Position numbers and translations under genes: made by a program. The notes below the pieces were generated by a model, which worked only from the letters and a program-made list of their open reading frames with translations, was not told where the DNA came from and did no database searches. A stretch of DNA of 64,000 nt from Gemmatimonas sp. (GTDB taxonomy: Bacteria; Gemmatimonadota; Gemmatimonadetes; Gemmatimonadales; Gemmatimonadaceae): assembly GCA_965279375.1 (NCBI GenBank), contig OZ257156.1:3584001-3648000 (forward strand), given 5' to 3'. This document shows positions 9,127 to 19,363 of this stretch, piece after piece (position 1 is the first letter of the stretch; each line of letters starts with the position of its first letter).

Positions 9127-10779
9127 GTGAATCAGGCTGAAGCCCTGCGCGCCGAAGTCGCGCGCGCGGCGCGCACTCTCGGTGCGCCCGAAGACATTGC
9201 TCCACTCCTCGAACGTCCGCGTGATCCGTCGTTCGGCGATTGGGCCACGAACGTCGCGATGACGCTGACCAAGACGCTCGGCCGCAAGCCGCGCGACATC
9301 GCCGAAGCACTCATCGCGGCGATGGACCTGCCGAGCGTCGGCGTGACTGCTGCCGAGATCGCGGGCCCCGGATTCCTCAACTTCCGCCTCGATCCCGGCT
9401 TTCAGGCGAGCGGCCTGGTGCAGATCCTGGCCGATCCTGCCAATTGGGGACGGCAGAACATCGGACAAGGCGCGCGCGTCAACGTCGAATTCGTGTCGGC
9501 CAATCCCACCGGCCCGCTGCACGTCGGGCACGGTCGGCAGGCTGCGCTGGGCGATGCGATCAGCACGCTGCTCGAGTGGACCGGCTGGAGCGTGTCGCGC
9601 GAGTTCTACTACAACGACGCCGGCGTGCAGATCGCCAACCTCGCCAAGAGTGTGCAGGCGCGTGTACGTGCCATCGGTGGCGCGGAGTTGGCCATCCCCG
9701 AGGGCGGCTACCACGGCGAGTACATTCGCGAAATCGCCGAGCAGTACGTCGCGGCCAATCCCGCCGATGCGGCGGGCGAGGATCTGCCGGCGATGCAGGC
9801 GTTCGCGGTGGCGGCACTGCGTCACGAGCAGGATCTCGATCTGCAGGCGTTCGGCGTCAAGTTCGACACGTACTACCTCGAGAGCTCGCTCTACACCGAC
9901 GGTCGCGTGGATCGCACCGTGAGCGCGTTGCGCGAGTCGGGCCATACGTTCGAGGAGGAAGGCGCGCTGTTCCTTCGCACCACATCGTTTGGTGATGACA
10001 AGGATCGCGTGATGAAGAAGAGCGCGGCCAAGGGCGGTGACTACACGTACTTCGTGCCCGACGTCGCCTATCACGTCACCAAGTGGGAGCGCGGATTCCG
10101 TCGCGCGGTGGATGTTCAGGGCGCCGATCATCACAGCACCACGACGCGTGTGCGCGCCGGTTTGCAGGCGCTCGAGATGGGTATTCCGGCCGGCTATCCT
10201 GAGTACGTGCTGCATCAGATGGTCACGGTGATGAAGAGCGGCGAAGAGGTGAAGATCTCCAAGCGAGCCGGTTCATACGTCACGGTGCGCGACCTCATCG
10301 ACGAGGTCGGCCGCGACGCGGTGCGCTACTTCTACCTCATGCGCAAAGGCGACTCGCAGCTCGTCTTCGATATCGACCTCGCGCGCAGTCAGTCGGAGGA
10401 GAATCCCGTCTACTACGTGCAGATGGCGCATGCGCGTGTGTCGGGCATCTTCCGCGTCGGTGGCATCGACGCGGCGAGCATCACCACCGACGGTGTGGAT
10501 CTGAGCGTGCTGTCGGAGCCCGCCGAACAAGAGTTGATCAAGCAGCTGCTCGACTTCCCAACCGTCGTGCGCGGCGCCGCCGACAACCTCGAGCCGCAGC
10601 GCATCGCCACGTGGGTCTTCGAAACAGCGCGCGCGACGCACACCTGGTATCACAAGCATCATGTCCTCGGCGAGCCCGAGGCCATCACCCGTGCGCGGCT
10701 GGTGCTGGCGCGTGCAACGCAGCTCGGTCTCGCGGCCGGCCTGCGCATCCTCGGACTCTCCGCACCGGAGCGCATGTGA
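9127..10779 (+). CDS. argS: Arginine--tRNA ligase
   Basis: VEFVSANPTGPLHVGH (HIGH), KISKRAG (KMSKS-like), NPVYYVQMAHAR, C-terminal APERM. Confidence 0.97.
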   Translation: MNQAEALRAEVARAARTLGAPEDIAPLLERPRDPSFGDWATNVAMTLTKTLGRKPRDIAEALIAAMDLPSVGVTAAEIAGPGFLNFRLDPGFQASGLVQILADPANWGRQNIGQGARVNVEFVSANPTGPLHVGHGRQAALGDAISTLLEWTGWSVSREFYYNDAGVQIANLAKSVQARVRAIGGAELAIPEGGYHGEYIREIAEQYVAANPADAAGEDLPAMQAFAVAALRHEQDLDLQAFGVKFDTYYLESSLYTDGRVDRTVSALRESGHTFEEEGALFLRTTSFGDDKDRVMKKSAAKGGDYTYFVPDVAYHVTKWERGFRRAVDVQGADHHSTTTRVRAGLQALEMGIPAGYPEYVLHQMVTVMKSGEEVKISKRAGSYVTVRDLIDEVGRDAVRYFYLMRKGDSQLVFDIDLARSQSEENPVYYVQMAHARVSGIFRVGGIDAASITTDGVDLSVLSEPAEQELIKQLLDFPTVVRGAADNLEPQRIATWVFETARATHTWYHKHHVLGEPEAITRARLVLARATQLGLAAGLRILGLSAPERM

Positions 10780-11711
10780 GCATCCCTTCGCCTAGCACGG
10801 TCCTCGTTGTCGGATCGGTGGCGCTCGATTCTGTCGAAACGCCGTTCGGCCGCGCCGACGATGTCATCGGAGGGTCCGGCACTTTCTTCTCGTCCTCGGC
10901 GTCGCATTTCGCGCCGGTGCAACTGGTGGGCGTCGTCGGCGACGACTACCCTCTCGAGAAGCTGGAGCCGCTGTCCGCGCGTGGCGTCGATCTGTCGGGG
11001 CTCGAGCGCGCGACCGGGTCGAGCTTTCGCTGGCGCGGCCGCTATCGCCACGATCTCAATTCGGCGGAAACGCTGGAAACGCACCTCGGCGTGTTCTCCA
11101 ATTTCCGTCCGAAGATCCCTGAGCAGTTCCGCAACGCTCCGTTCGTCTTCCTCGCCAACATCGATCCGCGCCTGCAGCTGCAGGTACTCGAGCAGGTCGA
11201 GAAGCCGCGCCTGGTCGCGTGCGACACGATGAACTTCTGGATCGAGTCGCGTCGTCCGGAGCTCGTGGAGCTGCTCGGCCACGTGGATCTCATCACGCTG
11301 AACGATGGCGAGGCGCGCCAGCTGACCGAACAGGCCAATCTGGTGAAGGCCGCGCGGTGGATCATGGAGAAGGGCCCCAAGTACGTGATCATCAAGAAGG
11401 GCGAGAACGGCGCGTTCATGTTCACGCGCGAAAGCGTCTTCTTCGCGCCGGCGTATCCGCTGGAGTCGGTGTTCGATCCGACTGGTGCCGGCGACTCGTT
11501 CGCGGGCGGCTTTATCGGTTACCTCGCCAGCACCGGTGACCTGAGTGAGCGCAGCATGCGCCGCGCAGTGGTTGTCGGCTCGGCGATGGGCTCGTTTGCG
11601 GTGGAGAAGTTCTCCAACACGCGTCTGCTTGAAATCACGCGCGCGGAAATCGATGCACGCGTGCGCGAATTCCGCGAGCTCGTCTCCTTCGACGTGGACA
11701 TCGCGGAATGA
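10776..11711 (+). CDS. PfkB/ribokinase-family carbohydrate or nucleoside kinase
   Basis: VVGSVALD, GGSG, DPTGAGDSFAGG. Confidence 0.92.
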   Translation: MSIPSPSTVLVVGSVALDSVETPFGRADDVIGGSGTFFSSSASHFAPVQLVGVVGDDYPLEKLEPLSARGVDLSGLERATGSSFRWRGRYRHDLNSAETLETHLGVFSNFRPKIPEQFRNAPFVFLANIDPRLQLQVLEQVEKPRLVACDTMNFWIESRRPELVELLGHVDLITLNDGEARQLTEQANLVKAARWIMEKGPKYVIIKKGENGAFMFTRESVFFAPAYPLESVFDPTGAGDSFAGGFIGYLASTGDLSERSMRRAVVVGSAMGSFAVEKFSNTRLLEITRAEIDARVREFRELVSFDVDIAE

Positions 11712-12787
11712 CGCAGGAGCAGCACGCGTCGGAGCAGTCGTCGGGGCAGGGGGCCGCGCTCGACTATCGCTCGGCCGGCGTCGACATCGACGCGGCGGAG
11801 AATTCCAAGGATCGCATTGCGCGGCACGTCGCTTCCACGATGACCGCCGGCGCGCGCGGCGCGTTCGGTGGGTTTGGCGGGATGTTCAAGGTGCCCGAGG
11901 GATACTCGTCGCCACTGCTCGTCTCGAGCGCGGACGGCGTGGGCACGAAGATCCGCACCGCCGTCGAGAGCGGTCGCAACGACACGATCGGACATTGCCT
12001 CGTCAATCACTGCACGAATGACATTCTCGTGCAGGGCGCGGTGCCGCTGTTCTTTCTCGACTACGTCGCGTTCGGCAAGCTGATCCCCGAAGTCGTGGAA
12101 GCGGTTGTCGCCGGCGTGGCCGCGGGTTGCCGAGAGAATGGCGCCGCGCTCGTGGGCGGCGAGACGGCCGAGATGCCGGGCGTATACACGCCGCCGGACT
12201 ACGATCTCGCGGGGTTCATCGTCGGCGTGGTGGAAGAGTCGCGCGTGCTCGGCTCGGCACGCGTGCAGGAAGGCGATGTGCTCGTCGCATTGGCGAGCAA
12301 CGGATTGCACACCAACGGCTACTCGCTGGCGCGCCGCATTGTGGCTGAGCGGCTGCAGCTTGGGCCGCACGATCCGTTTCCCGAGGCGGGCGGTGCGACG
12401 GTGGCGGACGTGTTGCTACAGGTGCACCGCTCGTATCTCGCGTGCCTGCGTCCCGTGCTCGACCGCATTCATGCGATGGCGCACATCACGGGCGGCGGAC
12501 TGCCGGGCAATCTCAATCGTGCGCTGCCGCACACGCTCGATGCCGATGTCGACCTCACGTCGTGGACCGTTCCCTCGCTGTTTCGAGTACTGCAGGAGGC
12601 AGGCGGCGTTGCGACGCCGGAGATGTTCCGCGCCTTCAACATGGGAGTCGGCATGGTGGTGATTACGTCAGCGCAGAACGCAGATGCCATTCGCGCGCGC
12701 GCCGCAGAGTGCAGCATCGATGCGTGGATGTTGGGACGCGTAGTGCCCGGCACTGGAGTCGTGCGGTACAACGGCGAGCCTGCTTGA
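11708..12787 (+). CDS. purM: Phosphoribosylformylglycinamidine cyclo-ligase (AIR synthetase)
   Basis: YRSAGVDID, DGVGTK, GGETAEMPG, SNGLHTNGYSL, HITGGG, FNMGVG. Confidence 0.97.
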   Translation: MTQEQHASEQSSGQGAALDYRSAGVDIDAAENSKDRIARHVASTMTAGARGAFGGFGGMFKVPEGYSSPLLVSSADGVGTKIRTAVESGRNDTIGHCLVNHCTNDILVQGAVPLFFLDYVAFGKLIPEVVEAVVAGVAAGCRENGAALVGGETAEMPGVYTPPDYDLAGFIVGVVEESRVLGSARVQEGDVLVALASNGLHTNGYSLARRIVAERLQLGPHDPFPEAGGATVADVLLQVHRSYLACLRPVLDRIHAMAHITGGGLPGNLNRALPHTLDADVDLTSWTVPSLFRVLQEAGGVATPEMFRAFNMGVGMVVITSAQNADAIRARAAECSIDAWMLGRVVPGTGVVRYNGEPA

Positions 12788-13824
12788 TGTCCGCCTCGCA
12801 CTCGCCGCGTCGCGCGTTGGGCGGTCGCGCCGCAGCCGCACTCGGCGCCGCGGTGCTGTCGGTCGTGGCGACGGTGCCCCTGCGCGCGCAATCGGGCTGC
12901 ACCGTCTCGCCGGCGAGCGCGAGTGGCGCGGCAGACGTGTGTCGGAAAGCGAACGATCTCTTTCGCTTTCTCGTGCCGCAGGTCGGCGTGGCTGTGGCGG
13001 GTGGCAATCCCATTCTGGGCGAAGGTGGCACGATGGGTGGGCCCGGTAAGCGCGCGATCTCGCTGCGTGTAGTTGGTGTCGAAGGCTACCTGCCCAAGAA
13101 CACCGTGCCGCTCAACTTGAACGGGCCCGCTGTTGCCAGCGATTTCGGAGCAACGCGCACCGTGGTGCCGCTTCCGGCGGTCGATGCAGCGATCGGTATT
13201 TCGCGGGGCATTCCGGTCGGTCTCACCAACGTTGGCGGAGTAGACCTGCTGCTTGGCGCCACGATGCTGCCGTCGGTCTCGCAGGGTGATCTGCAGGTGA
13301 AGCCAAAGGGCGCGGCGGGCGTCGCGTTCTCGTATGGCGTGCGCATCGGCGCACTGCAGGAGTCCGCGCTCTTTCCCGGCATCAGCGCCAGCTATCAGGT
13401 GCGAAAGCTGCCCAAGGTCGATTTCGGCTACACACCAGGCAACGACACGATCAGCGTGGCGGGTACGTCGGTCAAGTCGAACGCGCTTCGCGTGATTGCC
13501 AGCAAACGGCTCGCGCTGATCGGCGTGGCGGCAGGTGTTGGCCGCGACCAGATCGAGGCGAGCAGCAGCCTCAGCGCCGTCGTGAACGAGTCCACCGGTG
13601 GCGCGCCACAGCGCGCGGCCATCTCCGCGCCGCTGTTGGCGGAGAAGGTCACGCGCAACACAGCGTTCGTGAATGTCTCGCTGAGCTTCGTCGTGACGCG
13701 CTTGGTGGCGGAGTACGGCTGGAGCAGCGCTGGTGACACGCGTGCGACGCTCAATCGCTTCGGCGGCCGACAGGCGAACGAGGGCTACCGCTACGGGTCG
13801 CTCGGTCTGACGACGCGGTTCTGA
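12787..13824 (+). CDS. Secreted hypothetical protein, possible outer-membrane beta-barrel
   Basis: Signal peptide ending LRA-Q; N-terminal Cys pair; amphipathic strands; terminal Phe (LGLTTRF). Confidence 0.55.
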   Translation: MSASHSPRRALGGRAAAALGAAVLSVVATVPLRAQSGCTVSPASASGAADVCRKANDLFRFLVPQVGVAVAGGNPILGEGGTMGGPGKRAISLRVVGVEGYLPKNTVPLNLNGPAVASDFGATRTVVPLPAVDAAIGISRGIPVGLTNVGGVDLLLGATMLPSVSQGDLQVKPKGAAGVAFSYGVRIGALQESALFPGISASYQVRKLPKVDFGYTPGNDTISVAGTSVKSNALRVIASKRLALIGVAAGVGRDQIEASSSLSAVVNESTGGAPQRAAISAPLLAEKVTRNTAFVNVSLSFVVTRLVAEYGWSSAGDTRATLNRFGGRQANEGYRYGSLGLTTRF

Positions 13825-13863
13825 GCGCGTCTGCGTCAGCCCTCGGTCATCCGTGAGTCATCC

Positions 13864-15003
13864 GTGAGTCACTCGCCATCACCCGTGATGAGCACAGCCG
13901 CCGAGGCAGAAGACGCAGCAGCGTCAGGCAGCGACGTCGCATTCATGCGTCGCGCGCTCGAACTCGCTGCGCGCGGCGCTGGCCAGACCGCGCCCAACCC
14001 GAAGGTCGGTGCGGTGGTGGTCCGGGACGGACGTATCGTCGGCGAGGGGTGGCACGCACGCTACGGTACCGCGCACGCTGAGGTCATGGCGCTGGGTGCC
14101 GCCGGGACCGCAGCCAAGGGCGCGACCGTCTACGTCACCCTCGAGCCATGCGCGCATCACGGCAAGACGCCGCCGTGCACCGGCGCGCTGGTCGCTGCGG
14201 GCGTGCAACGCGTGGTGTATGCGGTGGATGATCCGAACCCCATCGCAGCCGGCGGAGCTGCGTGGCTGCGGGCGGCTGGCATCGCGGTGGAAGGCGGTGT
14301 GTTGCGAGACGAAGCCTCTGAGCTCATGGCGCCGTTTCTCTTCGCCGCGCGTGGTGCCACACGACCGTTCGTGACGCTCAAGCTGGCGCTCTCCATCGAC
14401 GGCGCCCTCGTGGGGGTGTCGGGGCGCGGTTGGCTCACAGGCCCCGAATCACGCGCCGCCGTGCACGCGCTGCGCGCGGACGCGGACGCGGTTGCGGTCG
14501 GGATCGGCACGGCGCTGGCGGACGACCCGGCGCTCACCGTGCGGGATGCTGCGACGCCTCGCGTCGCGCCGCTCCGTGTGGTCTTCGATCGCCGTGCGCG
14601 GCTCCCGTTGACGAGCGTGCTGGCAACGACGGCGCGTGAGGTCCCGGTACTGTTGCTGACGGACGGTTCGCAGCCAGCCGCCGAGGCGGCGCTGGGTGAG
14701 CGTGGGGTGGAGAGCGTGGCCGTGCCGTCGCTGGAGGAGGGGCTGCGCGCGCTGCGCATCCGTGGCGTGCAGCATCTGCTGGTGGAAGGCGGGGCAGCGC
14801 TGGCCACTGCGCTCGTGCAGGCCGGGCTCGTGGACCGACTGATTACGTTTCAGGCTCCGGTCATTCTGGGCGCCGGCGCGCTGCACCCCTTCGCGCAGCT
14901 CCCGGGGCAGGACAGCTCCACGGCGCCGCGTTGGCGTGTGGTCGCTCGTTCGTCCCAGGGAGAGGACCTGATGACCACTTTTGCTGTGCGCGCTGGAGAC
15001 TGA
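13864..15003 (+). CDS. ribD: Bifunctional pyrimidine deaminase/reductase of riboflavin synthesis
   Basis: PNPKVG, HAE, VTLEPCAHHGKTPPC, KLALSIDG, LLVEGG. Confidence 0.96.
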   Translation: MSHSPSPVMSTAAEAEDAAASGSDVAFMRRALELAARGAGQTAPNPKVGAVVVRDGRIVGEGWHARYGTAHAEVMALGAAGTAAKGATVYVTLEPCAHHGKTPPCTGALVAAGVQRVVYAVDDPNPIAAGGAAWLRAAGIAVEGGVLRDEASELMAPFLFAARGATRPFVTLKLALSIDGALVGVSGRGWLTGPESRAAVHALRADADAVAVGIGTALADDPALTVRDAATPRVAPLRVVFDRRARLPLTSVLATTAREVPVLLLTDGSQPAAEAALGERGVESVAVPSLEEGLRALRIRGVQHLLVEGGAALATALVQAGLVDRLITFQAPVILGAGALHPFAQLPGQDSSTAPRWRVVARSSQGEDLMTTFAVRAGD

Positions 15004-15009
15004 CAAGCG

Positions 15010-15654
15010 ATGTTCACTGGGCTGGTTGACGACGTCGGCACGATCGTTCACGTCGCGGAAACCGCGGCGGGGCGCGAGCTGCGTGTGCACTGCAGCTATC
15101 GCGACCTGGCCGATGGCGAGAGCATCGCGGTGAACGGCGCCTGCCTGACGGTGCGTGAACACGGCCTGACACCCGACGGGCAAGGGTGGTTCACGGTTGC
15201 GGCGGTCATCACCACGCTCGGCCGCACCACCATGGCCACGTGGCACGTCGGGCAGCGCGTCAATCTCGAACGCGCGATGCGTCTGGGCGACCGCTTGGGC
15301 GGGCATCTCGTGCTCGGGCACGTGGATGATCTCGGTGTGGTGTCGCGCACAGAGATGCAGGGCGACGCATGGCTGGTGGACGTCACACTGCCGGCCGCGC
15401 TGCGTCCGTTGATGGTGGCGCACGGCTCGATCACGGTGAACGGCGTCAGCCTGACCGTGAACGAGTTGCTGGAGGACGGCGTTCAGCTGTCGATCATCGA
15501 ATACACAAAGCGGCACACGACGCTCGGCGATCTCGTTGCCGGCGATCGGGTGCACGTTGAAGCGGATGTGCTGGCCAAGCACGTCGAGCGGCTTCTCGCG
15601 CCTCAGCTCGCGCAGCAGTCTGCGCGGGTGAGCGCCACGGCGGGGGCGGCATGA
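15010..15654 (+). CDS. ribE: Riboflavin synthase (alpha chain)
   Basis: [35 protein letters not shown]. Confidence 0.96.
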   Translation: MFTGLVDDVGTIVHVAETAAGRELRVHCSYRDLADGESIAVNGACLTVREHGLTPDGQGWFTVAAVITTLGRTTMATWHVGQRVNLERAMRLGDRLGGHLVLGHVDDLGVVSRTEMQGDAWLVDVTLPAALRPLMVAHGSITVNGVSLTVNELLEDGVQLSIIEYTKRHTTLGDLVAGDRVHVEADVLAKHVERLLAPQLAQQSARVSATAGAA

Positions 15655-16886
15655 CGGATTCGTCTGCACTCAAGGAGCAGGACATGACGTTCGGAACGGT
15701 GCAGCAAGCCCTCGCCGATATCGCGGCGGGGAAGTTCGTGGTGGTGGCTGACGACGAGGATCGCGAGAACGAAGGCGATCTCGTCTGCGCGGCGGAAAAG
15801 GTCACGCCGGAGATGGTCAACTTCATGCTCGACGCGAAGGGGATGATCTGCCTCGCGATGACGAACGCATGGGCCGATCATCTCGAGCTCGCGCCGCAGG
15901 TGGACAAGAACACCGAGTCGATGCACACCGCGTTTACCGTGAGCATCGATGCGGCGGCCAAGTACGGCGTCAGCACCGGCATCAGTGCGAGTGATCGCGC
16001 CACGACCATTCGCGTCGCGGTCGATCCGTCGTCGTCGCGCAGTGATCTGCGTTTGCCGGGGCACATCCATCCGCTCCGCGCACGTGACGGTGGCGTCCTG
16101 CAGCGCGTGGGGCACACCGAGGCGGCCGTCGATCTCGCGCGTCTGGCTGGACTGCGTCCGGCCGGCGTGATCTGCGAAATACTCAATCGCGATGGCACGA
16201 CCTCTCGCCGTCCGCAGTTGGAAGTGTTCGCCAAAGAGCACGGCCTCACCTTCATCACCATCGCGCAGCTCGTGGCGTATCGCCTGCAGCACGAGCGGCT
16301 GGTGCATCGTGTTGCCGATGCGCGTCTCCCGACCGAGTTCGGTGAGTGGCGCATCGTCGGCTATCGCAACGACGTGGACACGCGCGAGCACATCGCGATC
16401 GTGTACGGAGACATCACCGACGGTGACGGCGCGTTGGTGCGAATGCACTCCAAGTGCCTTACGGGCGACGTTTTCCATTCGCGCCGCTGCGACTGCGGAT
16501 GGCAGCTGGAAACAGCGATGCGCATGATCCAGGCAGAAGGGAAGGGCGTCATCGTCTATCTCGATCAGGAAGGACGCGGCATCGGCCTCATCAACAAGCT
16601 CCGCGCCTACGAGCTGCAGGACAAAGGCGCCGACACCGTCGAAGCCAACGAGCAACTCGGCTTCAAGGATGACCTGCGCAATTACGGAATTGGCGCGCAG
16701 ATTCTGCTCGACCTTGGCGCACGCTCCATTCGCGTGCTGACCAACAATCCCCGCAAGCTCGTCGGGCTCGACGGGTACGGTCTCGTCCTCAAGGATCGCG
16801 TGCGCCTCGAAGCGCCGTCGACCGAAGAGAACGCAACCTACCTCGAGACCAAGCGCACGAAGCTCGGCCACCTTTTCGCAATCTGA
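15651..16886 (+). CDS. ribBA: Bifunctional DHBP synthase / GTP cyclohydrolase II
   Basis: [42 protein letters not shown]. Start 15651 or 15684. Confidence 0.97.
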   Translation: MTDSSALKEQDMTFGTVQQALADIAAGKFVVVADDEDRENEGDLVCAAEKVTPEMVNFMLDAKGMICLAMTNAWADHLELAPQVDKNTESMHTAFTVSIDAAAKYGVSTGISASDRATTIRVAVDPSSSRSDLRLPGHIHPLRARDGGVLQRVGHTEAAVDLARLAGLRPAGVICEILNRDGTTSRRPQLEVFAKEHGLTFITIAQLVAYRLQHERLVHRVADARLPTEFGEWRIVGYRNDVDTREHIAIVYGDITDGDGALVRMHSKCLTGDVFHSRRCDCGWQLETAMRMIQAEGKGVIVYLDQEGRGIGLINKLRAYELQDKGADTVEANEQLGFKDDLRNYGIGAQILLDLGARSIRVLTNNPRKLVGLDGYGLVLKDRVRLEAPSTEENATYLETKRTKLGHLFAI

Positions 16887-16897
16887 GTTCGCAACCG

Positions 16898-17401
16898 ATG
16901 GCCGAGTTCATGGGAAATCCGCGCGGTGAAGGACGCCGCATTGTGATCGTCGCCGCTCGCTTCAACGAGTCCGTTACGATGCCGCTGGCCGAAGGGGCCG
17001 TCGGCGCGCTGGTGGAGAAGGGCGTGCTGTTCGACGACATCGACGTGTTGTGGGTGCCGGGCGCGTGGGAGCTGCCGATTGCGGCGCGTCGCGCGCTGGG
17101 CACGGAACGCTACGATGCGTGCATCGCCGTCGGTGCGGTCATTCGCGGTGAGACGCCGCACTTTGACTTTGTGGCGGGCGAGTGCGCGCGCGGGTTGATG
17201 GATGTGTCGCGCGATTTCGATGTCCCCGTCACGTTGGGGCTGCTGACCACGGACACACTGGCTCAGGCGGAAGCCCGCGCCGGCGGGGCGCATGGCAACA
17301 AGGGCGCTGACGCCGCGCTCGCCGCGATCGAACTGCTCGATCTATTCGATCAGGTACTGCCGGACGATTCGATGGACGACCTCGACGGGATCGACGCGTG
17401 A
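16898..17401 (+). CDS. ribH: 6,7-dimethyl-8-ribityllumazine synthase
   Basis: ARFN, VPGAWELP, GAVIRGETPHFD, GNKG. Confidence 0.96.
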   Translation: MAEFMGNPRGEGRRIVIVAARFNESVTMPLAEGAVGALVEKGVLFDDIDVLWVPGAWELPIAARRALGTERYDACIAVGAVIRGETPHFDFVAGECARGLMDVSRDFDVPVTLGLLTTDTLAQAEARAGGAHGNKGADAALAAIELLDLFDQVLPDDSMDDLDGIDA

Positions 17402-17916
17402 TGGCGAATCTGAATGACGAGGCGTTCTGGGACGGCCCGTCTGAAGAGCTGGAGCCGATCGCGCCCGGCCGGCGTGTGCGCGGCGACAAGGTGCGCGCCA
17501 AGGCCGAGCGCGTGGAGACACGCGGTCGGGCCCGTGCACTGCAAGCGATCTACGCGGCGGATCTGCGCGATTTCAGCAAATTGGAGCGCATCGCGTCGCA
17601 CGTCTTTGACGATCTCGCCGTGGACGCCGAGGAGCGCAGTTTCGCGACCAAGCTGGTGGCCACGTTTGCGATGCACGGCGCGACGCTCGACGCAGCGCTG
17701 TCTGAGGTGACGGCCAATTGGCGCATGGAGCGGCTCGGCGCGATCGAGCGGAGTGTGCTGCGCTTGGCGGCCGCGGAATTCCATCGCGGCGACGCGCCGG
17801 TGAAGGTCGTCATTCAGGAGGCGGTGTTGCTCGCCGAGCGCTATGGCACCGCGCGGAGTGCGCGCTTCGTGAACGGAGTGCTGGACGCGTACGCACGGCG
17901 ACTCGGTCGCCTGTGA
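17398..17916 (+). CDS. nusB: Transcription antitermination factor NusB
   Basis: RARALQAIY, W.MERL..IERSVLRLA, FVNGVLD; follows ribH. Confidence 0.92.
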   Translation: MMANLNDEAFWDGPSEELEPIAPGRRVRGDKVRAKAERVETRGRARALQAIYAADLRDFSKLERIASHVFDDLAVDAEERSFATKLVATFAMHGATLDAALSEVTANWRMERLGAIERSVLRLAAAEFHRGDAPVKVVIQEAVLLAERYGTARSARFVNGVLDAYARRLGRL

Positions 17917-17942
17917 GCGCAGGGGGAATCGCGGCCGGACGC

Positions 17943-19055
17943 ATGCGCATCGCGGTCGTGAACTGGCAGTGCCGCGACAATCCGCAGGCGGGGGGCGCGG
18001 AGATCCATTTGCACGAGATCTTCGGTCGCTTGGTCGCCAAGGGACACGAGGTCGTCTTGCTCTGTGGTGGCTGGCCCGGTGCGCCGGCGCGGGCCACCCT
18101 GGATGGCATCGAGGTCCACCGCGTGGGTACGCGGGCGACCTTCCCCTTTCTGGCCCGTCGCTACTGGCACCAGCATCTGGTGGATCGGCACTTCGACGTG
18201 GTCGTCGAAGACATCAACAAGGTGCCGTTGTATCTGCCCACCTGGCGATTGCCGAAGCTCGTCGTGCTCGTCCCGCACCTCTTCGGGGGGACGGCCTTTC
18301 AGGAACTGGTTGCCCCGCTTGCCTCAGCGGTGTGGCTCTCGGAGCGGCCGATGCCGTACTTCTATCGGCACCACGCCTTTCAGGCCATCAGCGACAGCAC
18401 CCGTGACGACCTCGTCGCTCGCGGCGTCAATCGAGACCGGATTCGCGTGATCTTCCCGGGCATCGATTCGGCACACTACACGCCGGACCCGACCGCCAGA
18501 TCTTCCCGTCCGACATTTGCATATATCGGGCGCTTGAAGAAGTATAAGGGAGTCGATTTGGTGATCCGGGCGTTTGCGCAGTGCGATGTGCCCGAGGCGA
18601 CCTTACAGGTGGCGGGGGCTGGCGAATTTCGGCCGGAACTCGAACGCCTCGCGGGGACCTTGGGGGTGTCGGACCGGGTAGAGTTTCTGGGGCGAGTCGA
18701 TGAAGCCGCGAAGATCGCCATGCTTCGACGAGCATGGGCATTTCTCTTCGCTTCACCCAAAGAGGGATGGGGGATCACGAATCTCGAAGCGGCGGCGAGC
18801 GGCACCCCGGTGATTGCGTCGAATTCCCCCGGGATCCGCGAATCTGTTCGGCATGGCGAGACGGGTTTCCTCGTGCCCCACGGTGATGTCGCTGCGATGG
18901 CAGAAACGATGCGGTACCTCAGCGGCGAGCGTGCGCTCGTCGAACGCCTGGGGACCGCCGCGCGGCACTTCGCCGAAGGATTCACGTGGGCGCGTGCCGC
19001 CGATGAGACCGAGGCCCACCTCCGTGAGGTGGTGGGAATGGGAGGAGGTCGCTGA
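17943..19055 (+). CDS. Glycosyltransferase family 4 (GT-B)
   Basis: GGAEIH, IGRLKKYKG, EGWGITNLEAAASGTPVIAS. Confidence 0.92.
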   Translation: MRIAVVNWQCRDNPQAGGAEIHLHEIFGRLVAKGHEVVLLCGGWPGAPARATLDGIEVHRVGTRATFPFLARRYWHQHLVDRHFDVVVEDINKVPLYLPTWRLPKLVVLVPHLFGGTAFQELVAPLASAVWLSERPMPYFYRHHAFQAISDSTRDDLVARGVNRDRIRVIFPGIDSAHYTPDPTARSSRPTFAYIGRLKKYKGVDLVIRAFAQCDVPEATLQVAGAGEFRPELERLAGTLGVSDRVEFLGRVDEAAKIAMLRRAWAFLFASPKEGWGITNLEAAASGTPVIASNSPGIRESVRHGETGFLVPHGDVAAMAETMRYLSGERALVERLGTAARHFAEGFTWARAADETEAHLREVVGMGGGR

Positions 19056-19363
19056 TGGAGATCATCCTGCACGCGCACCACGCCGAAGTCCCCGATTCAC
19101 TTCGGACGGAAGCCGAGGCTGCGGTTCGCCGCATTGCCGCCCGCCTGCATCGCGTTGTCGATGCCATCGTCCGATTCGTTGGGGACGGACAAACCCGTCG
19201 TGTCGAAATCGTGCTGCGCGGCGCGCAGCACCGCGATCTGTTCGCTCACGCGGATGCGCGTGCATTTGCTCCCGCGCTCGCTGTCGCCGTTCATCGACTG
19301 AACGCCCAGGTCGCGCGCACACGTCGCTCGCGCCGACCCGCCGGCGGAGAGCGCACCGGGTGA
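19055..19363 (+). CDS. HPF/RaiA-like ribosome-associated protein (divergent)
   Basis: ~100 aa; MEIILHAHH start; helix A..A..RL..Q; sits directly before hprK. Confidence 0.6.
   Translation: MEIILHAHHAEVPDSLRTEAEAAVRRIAARLHRVVDAIVRFVGDGQTRRVEIVLRGAQHRDLFAHADARAFAPALAVAVHRLNAQVARTRRSRRPAGGERTG

Noticed and set aside
18500..18560. Locally AT-richer patch inside the glycosyltransferase gene
   Set aside because: Explained by the YIGRLKKYKG codons; no well-spaced promoter pair identified.
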